From: an uncultured bacterium | GTDB taxonomy: Bacteria; Patescibacteriota; Minisyncoccia; Phycocordibacterales; UBA9973 | NCBI GenBank assembly: GCA_903894955.1 | Contig: CAITSA010000027.1 | Location: forward strand, 1 to 54,044 | Reading direction: 5' to 3' | Length of the DNA: 54,044 bases | Shown here: piece after piece, positions 8,999-16,787 of the stretch | How positions within the stretch are numbered: the first letter of the stretch is position 1 | Layout: every line of letters starts with the position of its first letter | The notes under the pieces: generated by a model | Database searches by the model: none | Told to the model about the DNA's origin: nothing | What the model saw: only the letters and a program-made list of their open reading frames with translations | Program-made: the position numbers and the translations under genes

Positions 8999-9496
8999 AT
9001 GAAATGGGTCGCTATCGCCGGAGCTTGGAGAAAAACAAATAAGCAAGTCGAAGAAGACGTCAGAAAAACGGTTAAAGAAATAATTTCTCAAAGAAACGGA
9101 ATAATATCCGGCGGAGCTTTGGGAGTTGACTATTTTGCAACCGATGAAGCCTTGAAACTTGGCTGTGATTCAAAACAAATTAAAATTTTTATTCCCTCAA
9201 CTCTTGAAATTTATAAAACTCATTATTTTAATCGAGCCAAAGAAGGAGTTGTAACAGAAGAACAGGTAAAATCTCTTATTGCTCAATTAGAAAAAATAAA
9301 AGAGCTGAATGCATTAGTAGAAGGAAAAGATATTATTTTAAATAAAGAAATATATTTCAATAGAATTACGGAAATTATTAAAAATGCCGATGAATTGGTT
9401 GCTTTTCATGTAAATAAAACCGAAGGAACCCAAGACACGATTGATAAAGCAAACAAGAAAGGGATTTCTGTTAAGATATTTGAATATTCTATCTAA
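8999..9496 (+). CDS. SLOG/DprA-like Rossmann-fold protein (predicted nucleotide binding)
   Basis: 165-aa ORF. VAIAGAWR...GIISGGALGVDYFATDEAL resembles the GGxxGxD loop of DprA/YpsA/LOG-type SLOG domains. Tentative. Confidence 0.45.
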   Translation: MKWVAIAGAWRKTNKQVEEDVRKTVKEIISQRNGIISGGALGVDYFATDEALKLGCDSKQIKIFIPSTLEIYKTHYFNRAKEGVVTEEQVKSLIAQLEKIKELNALVEGKDIILNKEIYFNRITEIIKNADELVAFHVNKTEGTQDTIDKANKKGISVKIFEYSI

Positions 9497-9905
9497 GGGA
9501 GCAAGCCGTCCCCTCTTTTCCTCACGGCGGTTTTGTGCGCGAATGGGAGGGTGGGTCAAGCACATGCATTTTCCGCCTCGGGCATTTCCGCTAGGGTGTC
9601 CACGACTAAAGGACGAGTGCCTGACCCGAATTGCAATCCAGAAATCGAAAGCGAAAGCTACACACTAAACACAATATTGTAAAACGTAGAGTGGGGATGG
9701 CGAGGGCAGACTCCGACTCTGTCGGAGAGCCCGACCCGGGGAGAGGAAACTTCCTCTCCCCAAGAAGCGCGGAAATCCGAACGGCTCATTTACTGGTATT
9801 TGAGCCGTTCGGCTTTTCCGCTCATAGGCATCTAGGCACTCGTAGCCCTAGCAGAAATGCCCGAGGCGGATGCCGAGGGTGTACTCCTACCAACGTTGCA
9901 TAGCG
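9497..9905. ncRNA. GC-rich, heavily base-paired non-coding element (unclassified structured RNA or MITE-like insertion)
   Basis: G+C jumps sharply relative to the flanks. A long-range helix pairs 9573-9596 with 9846-9869 (24 nt, 1 mismatch), and 9613-9622 pairs with 9834-9843. Internal hairpins sit at 9711-9727, 9738-9761 (9 bp) and 9777-9812 (11 bp). Its ORFs are Arg/Gly/Pro junk. Confidence 0.45.
9777..9812. repeat. 36-nt hairpin, inverted partner of 8702-8737
   Basis: ccgaacggctcatttactggtatttgagccgttcgg, an 11-bp perfect stem. Confidence 0.8.
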
Positions 9906-9917
9906 AAAGGATTTTCT

Positions 9918-10280
9918 ATGAGAGTAGTTGGTGTAAATAAAAATAATAAAGAAATTCAGGGTGTTGAACTTGTCGATCTAGAAACATTGTTAAAAGAAAG
10001 TGATGTTATTGTAGTAACCGTTCCACTCACTAATAAAACAGAAAATCTATTATCTTCAAAAGAGTTTGATTTAATGAAAAAAGGGGCTATTCTTGTTTCT
10101 ATTTCTAGAGAGAAAATTATAAATAAAGACGCAGTGTTGAAGGCTATAGATACAGGAAGTATCGCTGGTTTCGGCATTGACGCAGATATTACGACCCCGA
10201 TTGCAAAAGATGATCCGTGGTTATTGTCTATTGTATCAAAAAATTTAAATTGCAGGTTTAAATATCCCTTTTTCTTCTAA
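9918..10280 (+). pseudogene. Fragment of a D-isomer-specific 2-hydroxyacid dehydrogenase (part of the NAD-binding domain only)
   Basis: ESDVIVVTVPLTNKTENLLSSKEFDLMKKGAILVSISREKIINKDAVLKAIDTGSIAGFGIDA is typical of this family. The N-terminal catalytic and GxGxxG part is missing, as is the C-terminal catalytic His region. The fragment abuts the GC-rich element. Confidence 0.6.
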
Positions 10281-10395
10281 TATACTCATTCGAACATCTC
10301 ATTCGAACCTGAAGACTCTCAGAGTCTGAATGACATCCCAGGTTCGGAGTAAACTATGATATAATTTACTTAATTATTATTTTAATTGTAAAAGT

Positions 10396-10551
10396 ATGAT
10401 AAAAGGAAATTTTCTTGGGGCGGCAATTGTTGCGATAGTTTACACAATCTATATTTTATGGAATCCCCTTCCACTAAAATGGCAAATGGCGTTAATCTTG
10501 GTGATTCTGAATGCTTTAACTATCATCTTAATGGCTTTTGCCTTCAAATAA
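10396..10551 (+). CDS. Possible 51-aa two-helix membrane peptide
   Basis: ATG...TAA ORF MIKGNFLGAAIVAIVYTIYILWNPLPLKWQMALILVILNALTIILMAFAFK. It is preceded by the extended -10-like tgatataat (10356-10364) and is below the ORF-track cutoff. Confidence 0.3.
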   Translation: MIKGNFLGAAIVAIVYTIYILWNPLPLKWQMALILVILNALTIILMAFAFK

Positions 10552-10569
10552 TTTGCCACCAATAAAAAT

Positions 10570-11292
10570 ATGAAATTAAAAATATTATCTTGGAATATTT
10601 GGTGTGGAACTTATTTAGATGAAGTAATTAAATTTTTAAAAACAGCAGAGGCTGATATTATCGCTCTGCAAGAAGTGTCAGAGGACAATAAGGGAAACAT
10701 TGCAGAACTCATTGCAAAGGAATTGGGATATAAGTATGTCTACACCACCGATATCGATATGCCATTTAAATACCTCCCAGGATACAAAAAAGATGACGAA
10801 CAAACTATAAAAATGGGAAATGCGATTTTGAGTAAATATGAGATTGTAAGTAGTAAAGAGCATCGATTAGTGGAGAATCAAAAACGCACCGTGATAGAAG
10901 CCAATATTAAAATAGGAGATAATATTTTAAATGTTTTTAGTATCCACCTAAGACACACTCATCAAAAACAATTAGAATTACAAGATTTACAAGCAGAAAA
11001 TTTATTGAAATTTTTACCCACCAAAAATACCATAGTGATGGGAGATTTTAATTCATTGCCAGAAAGTAGTGTGATAAAAAAAATGAATGACTCATTACAA
11101 GATATTGAAATGGGCTCAAGCACACCGACGTGGTCAGTTTACAAAGAAGGATGTACGTGTCTGGTAGAAGATAAGATTATATATAAACTAGATTATATAT
11201 TTACTAGCAAAGAGATGAAGGCTAGCTCGTTCAAAGTTTATGATTCAAAGGCCTCTGACCATTTACCAATTTCAGTAATTATAGAAATATAA
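10570..11292 (+). CDS. Endonuclease/exonuclease/phosphatase (EEP) family protein
   Basis: 240-aa ORF with LKILSWNIW...IIALQEV at the N-terminus, GDFNS, and the C-terminal SDHLPI motif. Confidence 0.8.
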   Translation: MKLKILSWNIWCGTYLDEVIKFLKTAEADIIALQEVSEDNKGNIAELIAKELGYKYVYTTDIDMPFKYLPGYKKDDEQTIKMGNAILSKYEIVSSKEHRLVENQKRTVIEANIKIGDNILNVFSIHLRHTHQKQLELQDLQAENLLKFLPTKNTIVMGDFNSLPESSVIKKMNDSLQDIEMGSSTPTWSVYKEGCTCLVEDKIIYKLDYIFTSKEMKASSFKVYDSKASDHLPISVIIEI

Positions 11293-11301
11293 AAAATATT
11301 T

Positions 11302-12195
11302 ATGCAAAAAAAGAACCAGGACCAATCAAAGAATATTCTAAGTGTAGTTGGTAATACTCCCCTATTAAAAATAGGAAATATTTTTGCCAAACTTGAAACC
11401 ACTAATCCTACAGGAAGCGTAAAAGACAGAATGGCATTCTACATGGTGAAAAAAGCAGAAGAAAGAGGTGAACTAAAATCAGGCTCTGAAATAATTGAAG
11501 TAACTTCCGGCAATACTGGAATTGCTTTTGCAATGATTTCAGCTATAAAAGGATATAAATTTACCGCAATAATGCCAGAATCAATGAGTATAGAGAGGCG
11601 AAGAATGATGAAGGCTTTTGGAGCCAGACTAGTACTGACTCCAGCCAGAGAAGACATGGCTGGAGCAATGAATAAATATAAAGAATTAATAAATAAAAAT
11701 AAAAAAGCATGGTTACCAAGTCAATTTGAAAACCCAGATAATATTGCAGCCCACAGGGAAGGTTTAGGTCAAGAAATTCTAAAACAAATGAATGGTAAAA
11801 TAGATGTTTTTGTGGCTGGTACAGGTACTGGAGGAACTCTGATAGGAGTGGCCCAAGCGCTTAAGAAAGTAAATCCGAAAGTAAAAATTATTGCAGTGGA
11901 GCCCAGCGAATCAGCTGTATTGTCTGGCAAGAAACCAAGAATACATAAAATTCAAGGAATAGGAGAAGGATTTATACCAAAAATATTAATGGATAATATT
12001 GGCTTGATTGATGGAGTTATTACTATTAAAAGTAAAGATGCCATAAATAAAAGAAAAGAATTGGCAACCAAAAATGGAATTTTAGTAGGAATAAGTTCGG
12101 GAGCCAATATTCTTGCAGCTTTAGCTTTAAGTAAAAAATATAAAAAAGTGGTAACAATTCTACCAGATAGAGGAGAGAGATATTTAAGTGAATAA
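11302..12195 (+). CDS. cysK: Cysteine synthase / O-acetylserine sulfhydrylase family (PLP-dependent)
   Basis: 297-aa ORF with NPTGSVKDRMA (PLP lysine), SGNTGIA and the GTGGT loop. Confidence 0.85.
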   Translation: MQKKNQDQSKNILSVVGNTPLLKIGNIFAKLETTNPTGSVKDRMAFYMVKKAEERGELKSGSEIIEVTSGNTGIAFAMISAIKGYKFTAIMPESMSIERRRMMKAFGARLVLTPAREDMAGAMNKYKELINKNKKAWLPSQFENPDNIAAHREGLGQEILKQMNGKIDVFVAGTGTGGTLIGVAQALKKVNPKVKIIAVEPSESAVLSGKKPRIHKIQGIGEGFIPKILMDNIGLIDGVITIKSKDAINKRKELATKNGILVGISSGANILAALALSKKYKKVVTILPDRGERYLSE

Positions 12196-12322
12196 ATTAT
12201 TTTATAATGGTTAATTTGCCCATCTCCTATAAAGTTTAAATTTTATCTTTTGATTTTTTAAATTTTGTAATATAATTCAGTTATTAATTGACTTATGGCT
12301 AGTTTGAATAAAAAATTAAATT

Positions 12323-13201
12323 ATGATACAAAAACAAGCGAAAGAGCAAATAGCAGTCAAGACAATATATTTCAGTATGCTAGGAAGTATGTTGCTGGCT
12401 ATTCTCAAATGGATGGCTGGTATTTTAGGAAACTCACATGCGATTATAGCCGATGCTGTTGAATCAACCACTGATGTGTTTTCCTCTGGCTTTGTTTTAT
12501 TTGGCATTAAATATTCAAACAAACCTGTCGACAAAAATCATCCATATGGGCATGGAAGAGCTGAAGCACTAATAACATTTATCGTGGCTGGCTTTTTAGC
12601 TGTTGCTGCTTTTATCATTATTTACCAAGGAATTAAAGGTATGGGAATGCCTCGCGTTTTACCAAAATCCTGGACACTTATTTTTCTGGCTGGAGTAATT
12701 ATTTGGAAAGAGATTTCTTATCGTTTGGTATTGAAAAAAAGTAAAGAGACCAATAGTTCTTCTCTGAAGGCAGATGCTTGGCACCATAGAAGTGATGCTG
12801 TTACCTCTCTAGCGGCATTTATAGGAATCTCAATAGCTTTAATCTTTGGTAATAATTTTAAATATGCAGACAACTGGGCTGCTATTTTTGCTGCTGGATT
12901 TATTTTATATAATAGTTATTTAATTTTTAGACCAGCTTTGGGAGAAATTATGGACGAACATTTATATGAAAATCTTGAGGTAGAAATCAGAAAAGTGTCG
13001 CTCGGTGTTCCAGGGATACTAGATATTAAAAAATGTTTTATTCGTAAGGTAGGAATGAAATATTATATTGATCTTTCTGTGGTTATGAACTCAAATATGA
13101 CAGTAAGACAGGGACACGACTTGGCGCATAAACTAAAAGATACCCTGCTAGAAAAAATTAATAATATCAGCGATGTTTTGATACACGTTGAGCCGAATTA
13201 A
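12323..13201 (+). CDS. Cation diffusion facilitator (CDF) family metal efflux transporter
   Basis: 292-aa ORF with six hydrophobic segments. It has HAIIADAVESTTD and HHRSDAVTS metal-site motifs and a C-terminal cytoplasmic domain. Confidence 0.85.
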   Translation: MIQKQAKEQIAVKTIYFSMLGSMLLAILKWMAGILGNSHAIIADAVESTTDVFSSGFVLFGIKYSNKPVDKNHPYGHGRAEALITFIVAGFLAVAAFIIIYQGIKGMGMPRVLPKSWTLIFLAGVIIWKEISYRLVLKKSKETNSSSLKADAWHHRSDAVTSLAAFIGISIALIFGNNFKYADNWAAIFAAGFILYNSYLIFRPALGEIMDEHLYENLEVEIRKVSLGVPGILDIKKCFIRKVGMKYYIDLSVVMNSNMTVRQGHDLAHKLKDTLLEKINNISDVLIHVEPN

Positions 13202-13303
13202 TTTGTGAATGAAAAACATCTTGGTAGAAGTTCAAATCTATGATATAATCTGGATTATTAGTAAAAGTTAGAAAGTTTATTTAATAAAGTAGTAAATAAT
13301 AAA

Positions 13304-13489
13304 ATGGATAAAATAATTATTAACAATCAAGAAGGTTTCTTTTGCTCATTGTGGTTTATTGGTTGGCTTTTTACGATAGGTTATTTAAAGCTTTCCTTCT
13401 GGAAAGGAGTTCTAGCCTTAATAATTTGGCCGTATTATTTGGGAGTAAAATTTCATCAAGAATATACGGACAAGAATCTTAATAAATAA
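13304..13489 (+). CDS. Small membrane protein, paralog A
   Basis: 61-aa ORF with the core FFCSLWFIGWLFTIGYLKLSFWKGVLALIIWPYYLG. Confidence 0.5.
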   Translation: MDKIIINNQEGFFCSLWFIGWLFTIGYLKLSFWKGVLALIIWPYYLGVKFHQEYTDKNLNK

Positions 13490-13490
13490 A

Positions 13491-13661
13491 ATGATTGATA
13501 TGCAAAAAATTAAAATTGAAAATCATATGTTTGCAGGAGGTTTCTGGTTTGCAGCTTGGCTTTTTACTATAGGCTTTTTACATTTAACTTTTTGGAAAGG
13601 AGTATTAGCACTAATTCTCTGGCCATATTATTTGGGTATTGCTTTGTCACTTTTTCATTAA
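13491..13661 (+). CDS. Small membrane protein, paralog B (not in ORF track)
   Basis: 56-aa ORF MIDMQKIKIENHMFAGGFWFAAWLFTIGFLHLTFWKGVLALILWPYYLGIALSLFH. It starts 1 nt after the paralog A stop and shares the WLFTIG(Y/F)L.L(S/T)FWKGVLALI.WPYYLG core. Confidence 0.5.
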   Translation: MIDMQKIKIENHMFAGGFWFAAWLFTIGFLHLTFWKGVLALILWPYYLGIALSLFH

Positions 13662-13677
13662 AATCTTTAGAAAATAC

Positions 13678-13887
13678 ATGGAAAATATGGGAAAATATTC
13701 GAATTTACGTAAATTCCCGACAGGGATTAATTTAGAGTTAAAACAATTACAAATATCAGAATTAAAATCTAAAAAATTAGAGGATAAGTCTAATAATGGA
13801 GAAGTAGTTAGTATATCAGAATTAAAAGAGAAAAGAGAAAAAGAAAGAATAAAAGAAAATTATAAAAAATTTTTAAAACCAGAGTAA
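13678..13887 (+). CDS. Possible small Lys/Glu-rich protein
   Basis: ORF 13639-13887, with MENMGKYS the likely start. Low complexity and no recognisable family. Confidence 0.25.
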   Translation: MENMGKYSNLRKFPTGINLELKQLQISELKSKKLEDKSNNGEVVSISELKEKREKERIKENYKKFLKPE

Positions 13888-13916
13888 AAGAAATGTTTCC
13901 TCCGAGATATTAGCAT

Positions 13917-15001
13917 CTAATAGTCAACAAATTTTGAAATAGTTTTCCAGATAAGAGGATCTTCCATCCCAACAATCCAAAGTGAAATACCTCTAATCTT
14001 GGCTGATTTAGCTAAAGAAAGTTTTGTTTTAAAACTCGCTGCATTTTCATACCAAAGTTTATAATGAACCAGACTTGTTCCTGTGCCTTGTGTATAAGTA
14101 ATCCAGGAAGTTTGCGAAGTCTTGTTAAAACCCTTACTTATATAGCTTTTACTATCAAGAAGATCTTGAACTTTTTGATAGGACATACTTCGGATCATCT
14201 TATTTGTATCGGTATTCCACAACCACCCATACGTCGGAATACCTAAAGAAATTTTAGATTTGGCAATGTGCTTTTCAGCATAAGTAAGAACTTTTTTAAC
14301 CCAGGGCAAGCTTGCAACCGGACCGATAGACGCTGGCTGGTCATATGCCATCAGGGTCACAAAATCTGCTACTTTGCCAATCCGAGTGTAATCAAAAACT
14401 CCTGCCCATTTATCCCACGATCCTGCAGGAAGATCGCTTGGTTTATCAGAGAAACGTGCAATCAACGCGACTGATAACTTGAGTTTTTCTTTATGGAGCT
14501 TTTTTGCAGTTAACTCGACAAATGAAGAGAAAAGATTCAGGTCTGTTGCCATAATATGTTCAAAGTCAAATTGCCAGCCAATATAATTTTTTGATTTTGC
14601 TTCTGCAATTAATTCTTTTATAATTTTATTTTGTAAATCAACTGATTTTAAAATTGTATGCATGGTGTATCAGGATCGAAATTTGCATTAGACACCAAAG
14701 GCATAATAGGCGTTTTGTTTTGGTTTACAACTTCAAGCGCTACATCAGAAATAGATCCAGTCAGTATGCCACTCGCATCAACTTTATAAACTTGGGGCGC
14801 AAAAATATTAGCTTTATTTCCATTTGCCTGCAAGGAATAGAAGGTTGAGAATCCAGGAACATAATAGAATAATTTTTCTAAAGGCTTTACAGCAGTAGTT
14901 TTTTTAGTAGTAGATACTGTAGAAACAGCAAAAGCTGGCATCGTCGTGCTAAGGAAAAAAATGATTATAGATATAAAAAATAGCATTCTTTTAGAGGTCA
15001 T
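13917..15001 (-). pseudogene. Glycoside hydrolase family 18 (YaaH/YdhD-like), split by a frameshift near 14648-14663
   Basis: The upstream ORF has a signal peptide (MTSKRMLFFISIIIFFLSTTMPAFA) plus the N-terminal barrel. The downstream ORF has the catalytic GWQFDFE, MAYD and LGIPTYGW motifs. The two ORFs overlap by 16 nt in different frames. Confidence 0.65.
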
Positions 15002-15107
15002 AACTTTATTATACACCCCTTTTGCCTTCTTGCCCCGCCTGCAAAAGTTATACTTTAGCATTGCGGGCAGGCTTAGTAAAAATTTTAACCTGTAGTATAA
15101 TTAAAGA

Positions 15108-15809
15108 ATGAAAAATTACTTAAAAATAATGGTGTTGGTGTTAATCGTAATTATTATAGGCGTTTTTGTTTATTGCCAAATATATATACAAAAGATTACA
15201 ACCGTTCCAGTAGTTAACCAAGTGAACAATGGGATTATAAATTCTGTAACTTTTAATTGTGCAGAAAATAAAACCATTCAAGCAATATTTTTTAAAGATA
15301 AAGTAGAACTTAATTTAAGTGACAAGAGAAGTATGTTACTCCTTCAGTCAATCTCGGCTTCTGGAGCACGTTATGCAAACTCAGATGAATCATTTGTTTT
15401 TTGGAATAAGGGAGATACCGCTTTTATTACCGAAGGAGATCAAACTACTTTTAAAGATTGTTCGATAACTCCAGTTGTCGATAACACTACAACAGGAATA
15501 GCTAACCCAGCCTCAGTTAATTGTACAAAAGTTGGAGGTAACTTAACAATAGAAAAAAATGGAACTGGAGGTGAATATGGCTTGTGCTATTTTGAAGATA
15601 ATAGAGCTTGTGAAGAGTGGGCGCTCTTACGTGGAGATTGCCCTGTGGGCGGAATGAAAACAACTGGATATGACACCATTGATCAAAAATATTGCGCATG
15701 GTCTGGAGGTCAGACATTTGCAGTACCTAATTCCGTATGCACTTTCAAAAATGGTTCTAAGTGTCCAACAATAGATTTCTATAACGGAAAATGCTCTGCC
15801 TCACAATAA
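15108..15809 (+). CDS. Secreted or anchored protein with MliC-like lysozyme-inhibitor domain plus DUF333-like Cys-rich domain
   Basis: 233-aa ORF with an N-terminal TM or signal segment. SISASGARYANSDESFVFWNKGDTAFI is MliC-like. IANPASVNCTKVGGNL...GLCYFEDNRACEEWALLRGDC is DUF333-like. Confidence 0.6.
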   Translation: MKNYLKIMVLVLIVIIIGVFVYCQIYIQKITTVPVVNQVNNGIINSVTFNCAENKTIQAIFFKDKVELNLSDKRSMLLLQSISASGARYANSDESFVFWNKGDTAFITEGDQTTFKDCSITPVVDNTTTGIANPASVNCTKVGGNLTIEKNGTGGEYGLCYFEDNRACEEWALLRGDCPVGGMKTTGYDTIDQKYCAWSGGQTFAVPNSVCTFKNGSKCPTIDFYNGKCSASQ

Positions 15810-15885
15810 AAATTAACTCATAAAAATCATTTTGTTAAATAAAAATATTTGTTTATAAAAACAATATAGTATATATTATTACTAT

Positions 15886-16641
15886 ATGAAATTTACAGTT
15901 AAAATAGCTTCTTTTGTGGGACTTTTTTCTTTAGTTTTTTATGCTCTCCACCAAAGTGATTTCTATAACAACAAAATAATCTTGGCTGACCTTGGGGGTG
16001 TCCCCTGGCTGTATGCTTCTATCGGGACGTTATTTAGTATTCTGGCTGGTTTTATTATTCAAAAGGAATGGGAAAACTGGAACAACCTCGTCGATGCTGT
16101 TAATGATGAGATAAACTCTCTTAGAGAAATGTGGTTATGGTCTCGATATTTACCTTCTGAAACTGGAAAAATATTTCATAATTCAATAAAATCCTACTTA
16201 GAAGAAATGTCTGATAACGGTCTTTATAAAGGAGAGCAGAAAATCCAAAGCGTTCGCATCAATGAATCTTTTTCTGTATTAAGTGCAACTATGTTTGATA
16301 TGTTTAAAAATCAGCCAGCCATTGCCACCAATGCATTTGCCTTCTTTACTAAATTGATTGAAGATCGCTCCCGAAGAATGCGCTACAGTTCACATCACGT
16401 ACCCCAATCCATTAAACGTATTATTATTCTAGCGACCTCCATGATGGTAGGCCTTTCCATGTTTATTGGTGTAAAAAATATTTGGCTTGATTATTCATAC
16501 ACCATGAGCGTATCTGTCCTTGCGTATGTGATTTATCTTGTCATTGACGACCTTGATTATCCCCTCAAACCCGGTGGATGGCATTTGACCGCTCGTCCTT
16601 ATCGTAAATTACTTGAAGAAATTTCCATTAATAAAAAATAA
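15886..16641 (+). CDS. Integral membrane protein of unknown function
   Basis: 251-aa ORF with hydrophobic helices at both ends and a soluble helical middle. No family recognised with confidence. Confidence 0.5.
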   Translation: MKFTVKIASFVGLFSLVFYALHQSDFYNNKIILADLGGVPWLYASIGTLFSILAGFIIQKEWENWNNLVDAVNDEINSLREMWLWSRYLPSETGKIFHNSIKSYLEEMSDNGLYKGEQKIQSVRINESFSVLSATMFDMFKNQPAIATNAFAFFTKLIEDRSRRMRYSSHHVPQSIKRIIILATSMMVGLSMFIGVKNIWLDYSYTMSVSVLAYVIYLVIDDLDYPLKPGGWHLTARPYRKLLEEISINKK

Positions 16642-16714
16642 AAGTTTTGCATTTAATCGTTTGGTTTGGTAATATGTAAAAGTTATATATTTTGGTCGTT
16701 AGACTTAGGTATAT

Positions 16715-16787
16715 GGGCCGTTAGCTCATCTGGTAGAGCACCTCATTTGCAATGAGGGGGTGGCAGGTTCGAGTCCTGTACGGTCCA
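16715..16787 (+). tRNA. tRNA-Ala (anticodon UGC)
   Basis: Manual cloverleaf: acceptor GGGCCGT/ACGGTCC with the G3:U70 Ala identity pair, D arm GCTC-ATCTGGTA-GAGC, anticodon arm CCTCA-TTTGCAA-TGAGG, and T arm GCAGG-TTCGAGT-CCTGT. CCA is not encoded. Confidence 0.92.

Noticed and set aside
9441-9903. Two + strand ORFs (75 and 90 aa) inside the GC-rich element.
   Set aside because: Their translations are Arg/Gly/Pro/Ser-rich low-complexity strings with no start context. They run straight through the paired helices, which is typical of spurious ORFs in GC-rich structured DNA.
9497-9905. Possibility that the GC-rich element is tmRNA, SRP RNA or 6S RNA.
   Set aside because: It has no tRNA-like acceptor/T-arm or GGGG 5' end (tmRNA). 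It has no GGAA-tetraloop/AGCAG domain IV motif (SRP). It is not a single long bubble-containing hairpin (6S). It is left unclassified rather than forced into a family.
10285-10346. Direct repeat CTCATTCGAAC x2 plus a nested hairpin, with GGTTCGGAG resembling a T-loop; considered as a tRNA or tRNA fragment.
   Set aside because: No cloverleaf can be drawn: there is no acceptor pairing and the inner loop is too small for an anticodon arm. It is kept only as a possible scar next to the truncated dehydrogenase.
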